A stretch of 64,000 nt of DNA from a virus (Duplodnaviria; Caudoviricetes): positions 1 to 64,000 of the IMG/VR virus record IMGVR_UViG_3300032236_001024. One strand, given 5' to 3'. Positions 55,348 through 64,000 of the stretch are shown here, one piece after another. The first letter of the stretch is position 1, and the number at the start of each line of letters is the position of its first letter. The position numbers were made by a program, and so were the translations under genes. The notes under the pieces were generated by a model. The model saw only the letters and a list, made by a program, of their open reading frames with translations. It had not been told where the DNA came from and ran no database searches.

Positions 55348-55550
55348 TGCGTGATCAAAGAATTACTGTTACATTATTTAATGGCGTTATAATTACTTTA
55401 GCAAGAACTGTTCCCTTGACGACCACTGTTATCGTCAAGGAAAATAATGGAACTATTGAAACTCTAAATTCACTAAAACAAAGACAGTATGGGCTCTTTG
55501 ATACTCCAACAGTATTGCCTGTAGTTGCACAAGAGCCATTTAGTTTTTAA
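55347..55550 (+). CDS. Hypothetical protein
   Basis: 67-aa ORF TAATG-coupled to the upstream gene. Confidence 0.55.
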   Translation: MRDQRITVTLFNGVIITLARTVPLTTTVIVKENNGTIETLNSLKQRQYGLFDTPTVLPVVAQEPFSF

Positions 55551-58391
55551 TTACTGAACCTTGAATACAAATGATCCCATGTGATCACAGAGTATTGTTG
55601 GGTCTGCCCAAATCCTAAATCCTTTAGCAGAAGCTTTCCTACAGAAATCCAAATCTTCTGAGAAAGTGTTATTATGATCGATAGCAGATGTATAGACAAA
55701 CTGTGGATAACCAATATCTACCATAACCTGCTTCTTGATTAGAACACATCCAAAACCACATGCTCCTGCTTCAACAAGTTCAGTCTTTCCTCTGAGCTTA
55801 TCATAGGGCATATGAGTATAGCCGCCCATATTATTTCTTTCGAAGATTTCGATAGTCTGGTGTTCATGGAACCTCTGGCGATAAATTCCAGAAACGATAT
55901 CTCTATCATATGAAATGAGCTTTGCCAAAGTATCTGGTGGGAAAGAAACATCATAATCAACTGAGAAAAGATAATCCCAATTTCCTTTGACAATCCAATC
56001 TGCAATCAGATTACGAACCTGATCGACATTGTATCCATAAAAGAACTGGAAATCAGCTTCTACATTAGGAGGCAAAATCTGATCATAGATTGCTTTGAAA
56101 GTTGTAGGCTCAATATTCTTTGCAGTAGGAATAGCGATAAGAACACGCTTCTTCCTCGCTGATTCTATAACATTAGCAGCAATACCAGTTCTTTCCAACA
56201 ACTCACCCATAGTTTCAACCTTTGGCATGTTATCTTGTACCAAAGGAGCTTCTTCTACCTTTTTATTCTTCAACCAATCAGTAAAATTTGTTACACGATC
56301 AACCATATCATCACTCACCTTCTTTTCACTTTGTTTAGTTGTAATTTTTTCTGCGTTTTTGTTTTGAAGTTCGCCATGAACTTTATAATCATTTAGTGGG
56401 TTCTTATCATTGTACATATAAAAAATATCTTGGACAGCAACAACTTTGTTTGGGTCAGCTTGCTCAATGATATTATAGAATGTGGCATTGTCTCCACCAG
56501 CCTTGAACCAGTTACCATCTTCGTCCTTAAAGACAGATTCATCGACAGCCTCAACAAGATTCTTTCTAAATACTCTAAGATGAGGATATGGCATACCCCA
56601 ATTAAACTTGTGTAGACGATATGCTCTGAGCTTTCGAATATGTGATGGATATGGCTGTGCAATCAATGGAATGTTATCAGCCATTGACCAACAACTACCA
56701 TACGCATATTCTGTCTTCTCGTTTGCAAAAAGACTATTGTAATAATTGAAGATGTTGTTATCAGGCATGAGTGCATCATCACCATCAAGCAACATAACAA
56801 TATCATCACTTTCAATGTGCTTGAAAGCTTCTATTTGATTGCGAACTGCGCCTTTATTTTCAAGATTTTTTACGACATAAAACTTGAGTTGCAACTCAAC
56901 AGGATATTTAGAAATGCATCTACGAATTTCTTCATAAGAATTGTCTGTAGAGCAATCATCAATAATAATATGTCTATAGTTATCATAATCCTGTGTAGCA
57001 ACAGAATCAATCATATTTTCGATATAATCTTTGCTGTTATAAAGAGGACTTACAATAACAATTCTTTGTTCATTTCCTTCCTTACGAGTATTCCATTCGA
57101 TATTGTTGCTGAACCTGCGACCAAATACACGATGAACTTTATCATTGATGTATGTTACCTTACGGTATTCATCAACTGGTAAGTAAAGCTTAAAGGTTCG
57201 AAAGAACAACTGCTTCCACTGAAGAGCAACAGTATCCCATGTGCATACATCCTTGATGATGTTACAATGATATTGCTTTTGCTGATGTAAATATCTGTTA
57301 TGATATGCATTCAAAGTCATTTCGACAAAGCGATGTACTTGTACATCTGGATTAATATTTGGAAACAAACCATTTGGCTCAATAGCATAATCAATAAAAT
57401 AAGATGAATTTTCGATAGCTGTTTCTTCCAACGCACCAAAACGAGTAGCAAGGATAGGTACATTATAAGCTAATGCTTCTAGTGTAGAGATACCAAATGT
57501 CTCAGGGAAAGCACCAGGAAAAATAAAGAAAGAAGCTTTAGATAATGTCTCAGCAATTTCCTTCTGAGAAATAATACCAGTAAATTCAATATCAATCTGC
57601 TTATACTTTGGGTCTTTGGAAATTACTTGCCACTTCTTTCCCTGATCATCCAAAGGCGCATCTGAACGAAACTGATAAAAACCACCAATGACTTTAAGCT
57701 TTGCGTTTGGAGCATGTTGCTTGACAGCAGGCCAAATTCTATCAATAAGAGGAATCATTCCCTTGGTCAGGGATGCATTATAAACAAAAAGATTTGGGTC
57801 TTTATCTGCGATGTTTACTTCATCAAAATACTTCACCATACCATTTCTGGTCTGGAAAATTTTATTCTTGAGAACTTCAAAGTTTCTACGATTTCCGTGA
57901 TCACAATTTCCAACATATGATGTATGAAAATCACTGAGCGTGAAAATTTTGTCGATATATCCTTGTACTGCAAGGTCTTCTACATTCTGATCACCATTAC
58001 AGAATGTATCATGCATCCAAAGAATTTTCATCTTTGCATTTTTACGAATACCTTCAAACAATTTACAAGGAAATCTTGTTGCGTGATTGTAAGCTTCATA
58101 GTAGTGCTCTGGAACAAAAGGAACAACAGTTCTAGAAGCAATAATAATATCAAAGTTTTCATCTGGTCTAATACTTTCAACAGGGCGATATGTCACACCA
58201 GCATAGACACCGGACTTGGCATCATCCACATCACAAGCATTAAAGACTGTAACAGGAAAACCAAGGTTTGCTAATTCTTTTGACATAAGAATTACAGCTG
58301 ATTCAGAACCACCCAATCCTTTTTTGGAAAGAGTTGTTCCATCATAAACTAGACCAATAAGATCAAGGATTGCAATAGAAGGATATTTCAT
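55551..58391 (-). CDS. Three-domain glycosyltransferase (GT4 + GT2 + GT2-like)
   Basis: GT-B domain: GLGGSESA and FPETFGISTLEA. GT-A domain: SPLYNS..YI, IIDDCSTD and LDGDD. Second GT-A domain: LIAIPT, VRNLI, FSVDYDV, GFGCVLI and EDLDFC. Confidence 0.9.
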   Translation of the reverse strand: MKYPSIAILDLIGLVYDGTTLSKKGLGGSESAVILMSKELANLGFPVTVFNACDVDDAKSGVYAGVTYRPVESIRPDENFDIIIASRTVVPFVPEHYYEAYNHATRFPCKLFEGIRKNAKMKILWMHDTFCNGDQNVEDLAVQGYIDKIFTLSDFHTSYVGNCDHGNRRNFEVLKNKIFQTRNGMVKYFDEVNIADKDPNLFVYNASLTKGMIPLIDRIWPAVKQHAPNAKLKVIGGFYQFRSDAPLDDQGKKWQVISKDPKYKQIDIEFTGIISQKEIAETLSKASFFIFPGAFPETFGISTLEALAYNVPILATRFGALEETAIENSSYFIDYAIEPNGLFPNINPDVQVHRFVEMTLNAYHNRYLHQQKQYHCNIIKDVCTWDTVALQWKQLFFRTFKLYLPVDEYRKVTYINDKVHRVFGRRFSNNIEWNTRKEGNEQRIVIVSPLYNSKDYIENMIDSVATQDYDNYRHIIIDDCSTDNSYEEIRRCISKYPVELQLKFYVVKNLENKGAVRNQIEAFKHIESDDIVMLLDGDDALMPDNNIFNYYNSLFANEKTEYAYGSCWSMADNIPLIAQPYPSHIRKLRAYRLHKFNWGMPYPHLRVFRKNLVEAVDESVFKDEDGNWFKAGGDNATFYNIIEQADPNKVVAVQDIFYMYNDKNPLNDYKVHGELQNKNAEKITTKQSEKKVSDDMVDRVTNFTDWLKNKKVEEAPLVQDNMPKVETMGELLERTGIAANVIESARKKRVLIAIPTAKNIEPTTFKAIYDQILPPNVEADFQFFYGYNVDQVRNLIADWIVKGNWDYLFSVDYDVSFPPDTLAKLISYDRDIVSGIYRQRFHEHQTIEIFERNNMGGYTHMPYDKLRGKTELVEAGACGFGCVLIKKQVMVDIGYPQFVYTSAIDHNNTFSEDLDFCRKASAKGFRIWADPTILCDHMGSFVFKVQ

Positions 58392-58407
58392 AACTACCTC
58401 ACGGTTT

Positions 58408-58415
58408 CATAAATA
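58408..58415 (+). promoter_or_regulatory. Late promoter variant CATAAATA for the collagen fibre operon
   Basis: One mismatch to the consensus; intergenic. Confidence 0.6.
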
Positions 58416-58430
58416 AAGGGATCATGTGTA

Positions 58431-58438
58431 TATTTATG
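58431..58438 (-). promoter_or_regulatory. Late promoter variant CATAAATA for the glycosyltransferase
   Basis: One mismatch to the consensus; 40 bp upstream of the GT ATG, which has a GAGGT RBS. Confidence 0.6.
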
Positions 58439-58457
58439 TTCAAAAAATGGGAACGAT

Positions 58458-61091
58458 ATGTCATTAGAAATACGTCATATAGAATTTGTGGGTGATGGAG
58501 AAACTACACGTTTCAATACAGGAATACGTGATATCAATTCTACCAATCTTTTAGTATTTGTCAACGGGTTTATTCAAGCCCCTGGCGTTGATTATCAAGC
58601 TGAATATTATGATGTTTCTTTTGCAGTTGCTCCATTTCTTGGTTCTGATATAGAAATTCGTTATATTAACACAACTGATGTTGGTTATCAAGGTTCTGTA
58701 GGTTATCAGGGTTCTCAAGGATTAGATGGTGCAGAAGGATTACAGGGTCTTGATGGTGTTCAAGGACCAGTAGGTTATCAAGGTTCGACTGGTGAACAAG
58801 GTCCAGCTGGAACTCCTGGTGGTGAAAAAGGTTATACTGGTTCTGAAGGTATAGGCTACACTGGTTCAATAGGTATTGGTTATGCTGGTTCTAAGGGAGA
58901 GGCTGCAGCCCCAAGATCGAGTCAATTAATAACAACAGACAGTGGTTCTGTTTACATTTTAAATGAATATGTTTTAGATTCTAAACATATCATTGTAACA
59001 TTAAATGGTCTTGTACAAATTCCAAATGTAGATTATGTTGTCTTAGATGGAAATCAATTAACATTTTATTCACAAGTTTATCCAAATGTAAATCTCGAAA
59101 TTAAATATTTTGGACCTGCGCCAAGTTATCAAGGATCAGTTGGATTTGTAGGATCAGTTGGTTATCAAGGTTCTATAGGATCAGTTGGTTATCAAGGTTC
59201 TACTGGTATTGTTGGATATAGTGGTTCTGTTGGTGAGCAAGGACCACCAGGTGGTGAAAGAGGATATGTAGGTTCGATAGGTTATACTGGTTCTACTGGT
59301 GCAGGATATACTGGTTCTATAGGACCATCTGGCGCACCAAAAATAACAAAATTATTTACTGCTAATGGTACTGACACATTATTTGATACTGGTGAAACTA
59401 TTACAGAAGCAACAAATGTTTTTGTTATGGTCAATGGTCTTGTTCTTATTCCTAATACAGATTATACAATTGTTGGTGGCACAAAAGTTAATATAACATC
59501 CCCACCATATAGTAGTTCTACTGTTGAAATTAGAATATTTCAATCGGCTGGTTATATTGGTTCAACAGGTTATTATGGGTCTGTTGGATATCAAGGTTCA
59601 GCTGGTGTTAGCTATGTCGGTTCATCTGGATTTGTTGGTTCGGTAGGATTTGTCGGTTCAATTGGTTATCAAGGTTCTATTGGTTATACTGGTTCCATGG
59701 GTCCAATGGGACCACCTAATGGTTATACAGGTTCACAAGGACCAATTGGATATCCAAAAGAAAATCAAGTAATAACTGTAAATGGTACAGATCATATATT
59801 CAATTTAAATAAAAAAATAGACAATACTAAGTCAATATTCGTTTTTATTAATGGTCTTGGTCTTGTTCCAGATGATGATTATACAATAGTAAATGATGGA
59901 ACCCAAATATCTCTAAACACAATACCTTTTAATGGTTCTACAATTGAAATAAGATATTTTGCTGATGCAACTGGTTATCAAGGATCATCTGGTTATAAAG
60001 GTTCAGAAGGTTATCAGGGATCATCTGGATATAAAGGTTCGGAAGGTTATCAAGGCTCTGTAGGTTATCAAGGATCAAAAGGTGCGACCGGAGACCCTGG
60101 TGGTCCACAAGGATATACTGGTTCAGTTGGATATGTTGGATCAATAGGAACAGGTTATGCTGGATCGCAAGGTCCAGCGGGATCACCAAAAGCAAAACAA
60201 GTATTTACAGCTGATGGTATAGTTAAGACTTACACATTGAATACAAATGTTGAAGCTACTCAATCAATATTTGTTATGCTTAATGGTTCTGTTCTTATTC
60301 CAGATGATGACTATACCATTCAAAATAATAATACTCTTATTTTGAATGCATTACCAACTAAAAATTCTAGTATTGAAGTAAGATATTTTGGAAGCACTGG
60401 TTATATTGGTTCTTCTGGTTATCGTGGTTCAGTTGGATATCAAGGTTCAGCTGGTGCAGCTGGTATTGCACAAGCATATGTTTCACCATTTGCTCCTTCT
60501 GTTTCAGAAAGAATTCCTGGCGAATTGTGGTGGGATACTGATAATGGTATTTTAAACATTTATTATGATAGTGAAAAAACTTGGGTAGGACTTGCGGAAG
60601 GACCAAGAGGACCATATGGTTATACTGGTTCGGGTGGATTGGGTTATACTGGTTCAATAGGTATTGGTTATGTCGGATCATTAGGATACACTGGTTCAGT
60701 TGGATTTATTGGTTCAGTTGGTTATGTAGGTTCTAAAGGTTATGCCGGATCATTAGGATTTACAGGATCGATTGGATTTGCAGGATCAGTTGGTTATGTT
60801 GGATCAATTGGTTCTGTAGGTTATGTTGGATCAAAAGGTAATGGTTATAATGGCTCATTCGGATATACTGGTTCTATTGGATATACAGGTTCATCTGGGT
60901 ATATTGGTAAAGATGGTTATTCTGGTTCTGTAGGATATACAGGATCAGTTGGAGATGTTGGAGAAATTGGTTATACTGGTTCGAAAGGATATGGTTGGAC
61001 TGGTCCAGATATAACTATAACAATTTCTACTTTGTTGCCGCCCATTTCTGGTGGAAAAGATGGTGATATATGGTATAGGTATACAGTATAA
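58458..61091 (+). CDS. Collagen-like fibre with (GYxGSx)n segments alternating with four ~60-aa beta domains
   Basis: Four copies of F..DG....F.......VF.NG....P..DY........P.....IEIRYF separated by Gly-X-Y runs; C-terminal GGKDGDIWYRY. Confidence 0.8.
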   Translation: MSLEIRHIEFVGDGETTRFNTGIRDINSTNLLVFVNGFIQAPGVDYQAEYYDVSFAVAPFLGSDIEIRYINTTDVGYQGSVGYQGSQGLDGAEGLQGLDGVQGPVGYQGSTGEQGPAGTPGGEKGYTGSEGIGYTGSIGIGYAGSKGEAAAPRSSQLITTDSGSVYILNEYVLDSKHIIVTLNGLVQIPNVDYVVLDGNQLTFYSQVYPNVNLEIKYFGPAPSYQGSVGFVGSVGYQGSIGSVGYQGSTGIVGYSGSVGEQGPPGGERGYVGSIGYTGSTGAGYTGSIGPSGAPKITKLFTANGTDTLFDTGETITEATNVFVMVNGLVLIPNTDYTIVGGTKVNITSPPYSSSTVEIRIFQSAGYIGSTGYYGSVGYQGSAGVSYVGSSGFVGSVGFVGSIGYQGSIGYTGSMGPMGPPNGYTGSQGPIGYPKENQVITVNGTDHIFNLNKKIDNTKSIFVFINGLGLVPDDDYTIVNDGTQISLNTIPFNGSTIEIRYFADATGYQGSSGYKGSEGYQGSSGYKGSEGYQGSVGYQGSKGATGDPGGPQGYTGSVGYVGSIGTGYAGSQGPAGSPKAKQVFTADGIVKTYTLNTNVEATQSIFVMLNGSVLIPDDDYTIQNNNTLILNALPTKNSSIEVRYFGSTGYIGSSGYRGSVGYQGSAGAAGIAQAYVSPFAPSVSERIPGELWWDTDNGILNIYYDSEKTWVGLAEGPRGPYGYTGSGGLGYTGSIGIGYVGSLGYTGSVGFIGSVGYVGSKGYAGSLGFTGSIGFAGSVGYVGSIGSVGYVGSKGNGYNGSFGYTGSIGYTGSSGYIGKDGYSGSVGYTGSVGDVGEIGYTGSKGYGWTGPDITITISTLLPPISGGKDGDIWYRYTV

Positions 61092-62521
61092 TGCCTGTGT
61101 ATGTAAAAAAAGATAATAAATGGCAAATCGTTGCATCTTCATATAATGAGCCATCACCAACATTATTTAATAATGTGAACGGCGAATGGAGAGAAACTAG
61201 GTCTGGATGGGTAAATGTAAAGGGTGAATGGCAAAAATTTTATCAAAAAACTCCTATGGTAAAAAATAAATTAAAAAATTTTGTTTTTTTAGGTGATTCA
61301 TTATCATATGGAACTGGATTGCCAGTAAGTCAACAATTCACAACATTAATACAAAATCATTTTAATGGAATTGATAATAATGGAAATAATAATGTTGTTA
61401 GATCATTGATGGTTGATGATAGATCAACAACTGGAGGAGAAAATAGATTTATTACATCTTCTGGTGTTAAATATACTAATACTGGCATTTTTTCTCCTGT
61501 ATATGATGATAAAAGAATCAGAAATACAGCAATAACAATACCAGCTGGAGAGTATATTGATATACCTGTAAATAAAGCAAATGGTAAATTATTTAATATA
61601 TCTGTCAGTGGAAAAAATTTTGTTGGTGAGATAAGTTCTGTATGGTTAACTTGGCAGTTTGGTACTCGTGGTTATTTTGAAAATTTAATTTTACATGAAA
61701 CAATAGATAGTAATATTACAACACATGGAAATGTATATTATGGGAATCCGCTTTATGCTAATTTTTGGGGTGGTGATACTGAAAATTTTTATGATTATTC
61801 TATAGATTTCGATTCAAAAGCAACTTATGTTAGAATAAAAGTTACTTCTGGTGAATTACGAATTAATTCTGTTCATAGTATGTCAAATTTTCCACTTTAT
61901 GCATCAGAAAAAAATGTTGGTATTGTTCAAGTAATTGCTAGAGATGGTTATACATTCGAAGATTTTCTTAATGTTCCAAGACAAGAAATTAGAAATAATA
62001 TTCTATATAAACAATATTATGATGATAATACAAATAGTAATGCTACCCCTGTTCTTATAGTCCAAGCTGGACTAATGGATATAGTAAAATTAGGTCGAAA
62101 TGCATTAGATTTTTTTCAGTATTTAGAATACGGAATTTTATTACATCATACTCCAACTAATGATATAGTATATGGAGGATATTCGACAGATTCTAATAGT
62201 ACAAGTATTACAGCATATGATATTGTTTTAACAATACCTCACCCACCAAGTCAATTAAGTCCTTATTTTAAAATTTATAATGAAAACATAAAAGCTATAA
62301 GTGATGTATTTCATTTAATGGCTAATAGACATAATTTGGATGTAGTCGATTTAAGTACACTAGATATGGGGATAGATTGTTATCAACTTACTCTTGATAG
62401 AATAAACCCAAATTACAAAGGTTCTGTAAAAATAGCAAATAAATACATTGAGGATTTAGGTTTAGCTTCATTCCAAAACAATTCAAGTCAAGAATACTTA
62501 TTACCCGCTAGAGGATTATAA
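61091..62521 (+). CDS. SGNH/GDSL-fold protein with a fibre-docking N-terminus, probably non-catalytic
   Basis: VFLGDSLSYG (block I), AGLMD (block III) and DRINPN (block V, His replaced by Asn); N-terminal YVKKDNKW...WVNVKGEWQKF. Confidence 0.65.
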   Translation: MPVYVKKDNKWQIVASSYNEPSPTLFNNVNGEWRETRSGWVNVKGEWQKFYQKTPMVKNKLKNFVFLGDSLSYGTGLPVSQQFTTLIQNHFNGIDNNGNNNVVRSLMVDDRSTTGGENRFITSSGVKYTNTGIFSPVYDDKRIRNTAITIPAGEYIDIPVNKANGKLFNISVSGKNFVGEISSVWLTWQFGTRGYFENLILHETIDSNITTHGNVYYGNPLYANFWGGDTENFYDYSIDFDSKATYVRIKVTSGELRINSVHSMSNFPLYASEKNVGIVQVIARDGYTFEDFLNVPRQEIRNNILYKQYYDDNTNSNATPVLIVQAGLMDIVKLGRNALDFFQYLEYGILLHHTPTNDIVYGGYSTDSNSTSITAYDIVLTIPHPPSQLSPYFKIYNENIKAISDVFHLMANRHNLDVVDLSTLDMGIDCYQLTLDRINPNYKGSVKIANKYIEDLGLASFQNNSSQEYLLPARGL

Positions 62522-62529
62522 AAAAATAA

Positions 62530-64000
62530 ATGGCACAATTAATTTTTCCAGATAATCCTTTAATTGGGGCTACAACTACTACTGGTGGTTATGTTTGGCA
62601 GTGGGATGGAGAGCGTTGGTTAAAAGTACCAACTGATTATCGTGGTTCTGCCGGATATGTCGGATCATTTGGTTATACTGGTTCTACTGGTGCTGGATTT
62701 ACAGGATCAAGAGGATTTGTAGGTGCTCCTAGTGCAATTCAAATAATAGAATCGACAGGTGCAAGTTCTTACACTCTTGATAGATTAGTTGCAGATGCAT
62801 TATCATTATTCGTTATTGTAAACGGTTCTTTCTTAATAGCAAATGTTGATTATACTGCTTCTAGTAGTACAATAACATTTAACAATATTCCACAAACAAA
62901 ATCTAATATCGAAATTATATTTTGGGATGTAGCTGGTTATTATGGTTCAACTGGTTATCAAGGATCAGCAGGTTATACTGGTTCTGCTGGTGTTGGATAT
63001 ACTGGTTCTGTTGGTGCTGTTGGTTCTGTAGGTTATCAAGGTTCTGTTGGTGTACAAGGACCACCAGGTGGTGAAAGAGGATATGCTGGTTCTAAAGGTG
63101 ATAGAGGTTTCTTTGGCTATAGCGGTTCATCTGGGTATATTGGTTCACAAGGTGATATAGGTTATACTGGATCAGCTAGTACTGTTGTAGGTCCACAAGG
63201 TCCACGAGGTATAAATCCATCAAAAGGAATAGATTTATATAATTCATCATCATATCAAAATTTAACTGGCGTTACAGTAGATACTGCTACAAATTTAAAA
63301 CAAACTGTTGATAGTACTATTAATGATGCTGGTATTGATAATGTATTTTATTTTAATGGTGATGGTGAAAGATATGTTGAAGGCGTATACAAATTAAATT
63401 TATTTGGTTATCAAAGCGTTTCATTATCAGTATACAGTGGTGATGGGCTTTGGGCTCCAATTCCAACAAATCCTATACTTATTGAATATTCTATTGATCC
63501 TGATAATTATGGATGGCAAAATTTTGCTATTATTAATCCATCATTATTAACTATAGGTTTATGGAATACATTAACATTTAATATTCCAAATGAAGCAAAA
63601 AATCCAACTGGTGTTTATTTCCGTTATATCCAATATGTAAATGGTGGAATTGGAAAAGATAATTATCTTTTAACTGATTTAGTTTTAAATCCATTAATTG
63701 GTTATACTGGATCGCAAAGTTATACTGGTTCAGCTGGTTATACTGGTTCGTCTGGTTATCAAGGATCAATCGGTTATTCTGGTTCTGTTGGTGATACTGG
63801 TGGCACTGGTTATCAAGGTTCAGAAGGCTATCAAGGTTCAGAAGGTTATCAAGGGTCTGTTGGATATACTGGTTCTACAGGTAATCGAGGAATTCAAGGT
63901 GAAATAGGTCCAAAAGGTGATACAGGTGATACTGGTTATCAAGGATCAGCAGGATTTAGAGGACAAACAGGATTTAAAGGTTCATATGGTGAACTTGGTG
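62530..64000 (+). CDS. Collagen-like fibre protein, truncated by the window end
   Basis: Not in the ORF track. The ATG at 62530 gives MAQLIFPDNPLIGATTTTGGYVWQWDGERW..., with GYxGS runs, one beta domain and a jelly-roll-like insert. I saw no in-frame stop before the window end. Confidence 0.85.
   Translation, partial: MAQLIFPDNPLIGATTTTGGYVWQWDGERWLKVPTDYRGSAGYVGSFGYTGSTGAGFTGSRGFVGAPSAIQIIESTGASSYTLDRLVADALSLFVIVNGSFLIANVDYTASSSTITFNNIPQTKSNIEIIFWDVAGYYGSTGYQGSAGYTGSAGVGYTGSVGAVGSVGYQGSVGVQGPPGGERGYAGSKGDRGFFGYSGSSGYIGSQGDIGYTGSASTVVGPQGPRGINPSKGIDLYNSSSYQNLTGVTVDTATNLKQTVDSTINDAGIDNVFYFNGDGERYVEGVYKLNLFGYQSVSLSVYSGDGLWAPIPTNPILIEYSIDPDNYGWQNFAIINPSLLTIGLWNTLTFNIPNEAKNPTGVYFRYIQYVNGGIGKDNYLLTDLVLNPLIGYTGSQSYTGSAGYTGSSGYQGSIGYSGSVGDTGGTGYQGSEGYQGSEGYQGSVGYTGSTGNRGIQGEIGPKGDTGDTGYQGSAGFRGQTGFKGSYGELG

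Noticed and set aside
55739-58274. Short plus-strand ORFs opposite the glycosyltransferase, and similar short antisense ORFs elsewhere in the track
   Set aside because: They are fully nested antisense to well-supported genes and have low-complexity shadow translations.
50527-64000. Diversity-generating retroelement acting on fibre tips
   Set aside because: No reverse transcriptase and no adenine-specific TR/VR pair were seen in the window.
1-64000. Alternative genetic code (stop-codon reassignment)
   Set aside because: Core genes are full length under the standard code, and the few splits have other explanations.

Overview
This window is a 64-kb segment of an AT-rich, T4-like (Tevenvirinae-type superfamily) myophage genome. 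The host is probably an Alphaproteobacterium, inferred from the permuted tmRNA with a GGCAGUA T-loop and an ANDN...LAA tag. From 1 to 22.3 kb (minus strand) lie head, portal, tail, terminase and neck genes (gp22, gp21, gp68-like, gp67, gp20, gp19, gp18, split gp17, gp16, gp15, gp14, gp13), followed by a fibre, PAAR and GH19 lysin cluster. From 22.5 to 26.4 kb (plus) are phoH, an exonuclease, a two-piece tmRNA, gp33, gp59 and gp32. From 26.4 to 31.1 kb (minus) are gp29, gp51, gp26, a gp54-like gene, gp2 and gp4. From 31.1 to 64 kb (plus) are the baseplate genes (gp48, gp53, hub, split gp5, gp25, gp6, gp7, gp8), DUF4815-like structural proteins, an S74 tail fibre and further collagen-like fibres, with one inverted three-domain glycosyltransferase. 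The main highlights are: (1) the large terminase is fractured by an atypically split intein (28-aa IntN, 108-aa IntC) with a free-standing HNH gene between the halves; (2) a circularly permuted tmRNA with a long structured spacer and a composite early/late promoter; (3) a small alarmone hydrolase and a ParB/Srx-like protein with capsid-targeting-like leaders inside the neck/packaging operon; (4) a late-promoter-linked GT4-GT2-GT2 enzyme beside Ser/Tyr-rich (G-Y-x-G-S-x)n collagen-like fibres, a candidate virion glycosylation system. All family assignments come from motif recognition by eye, with no database search.
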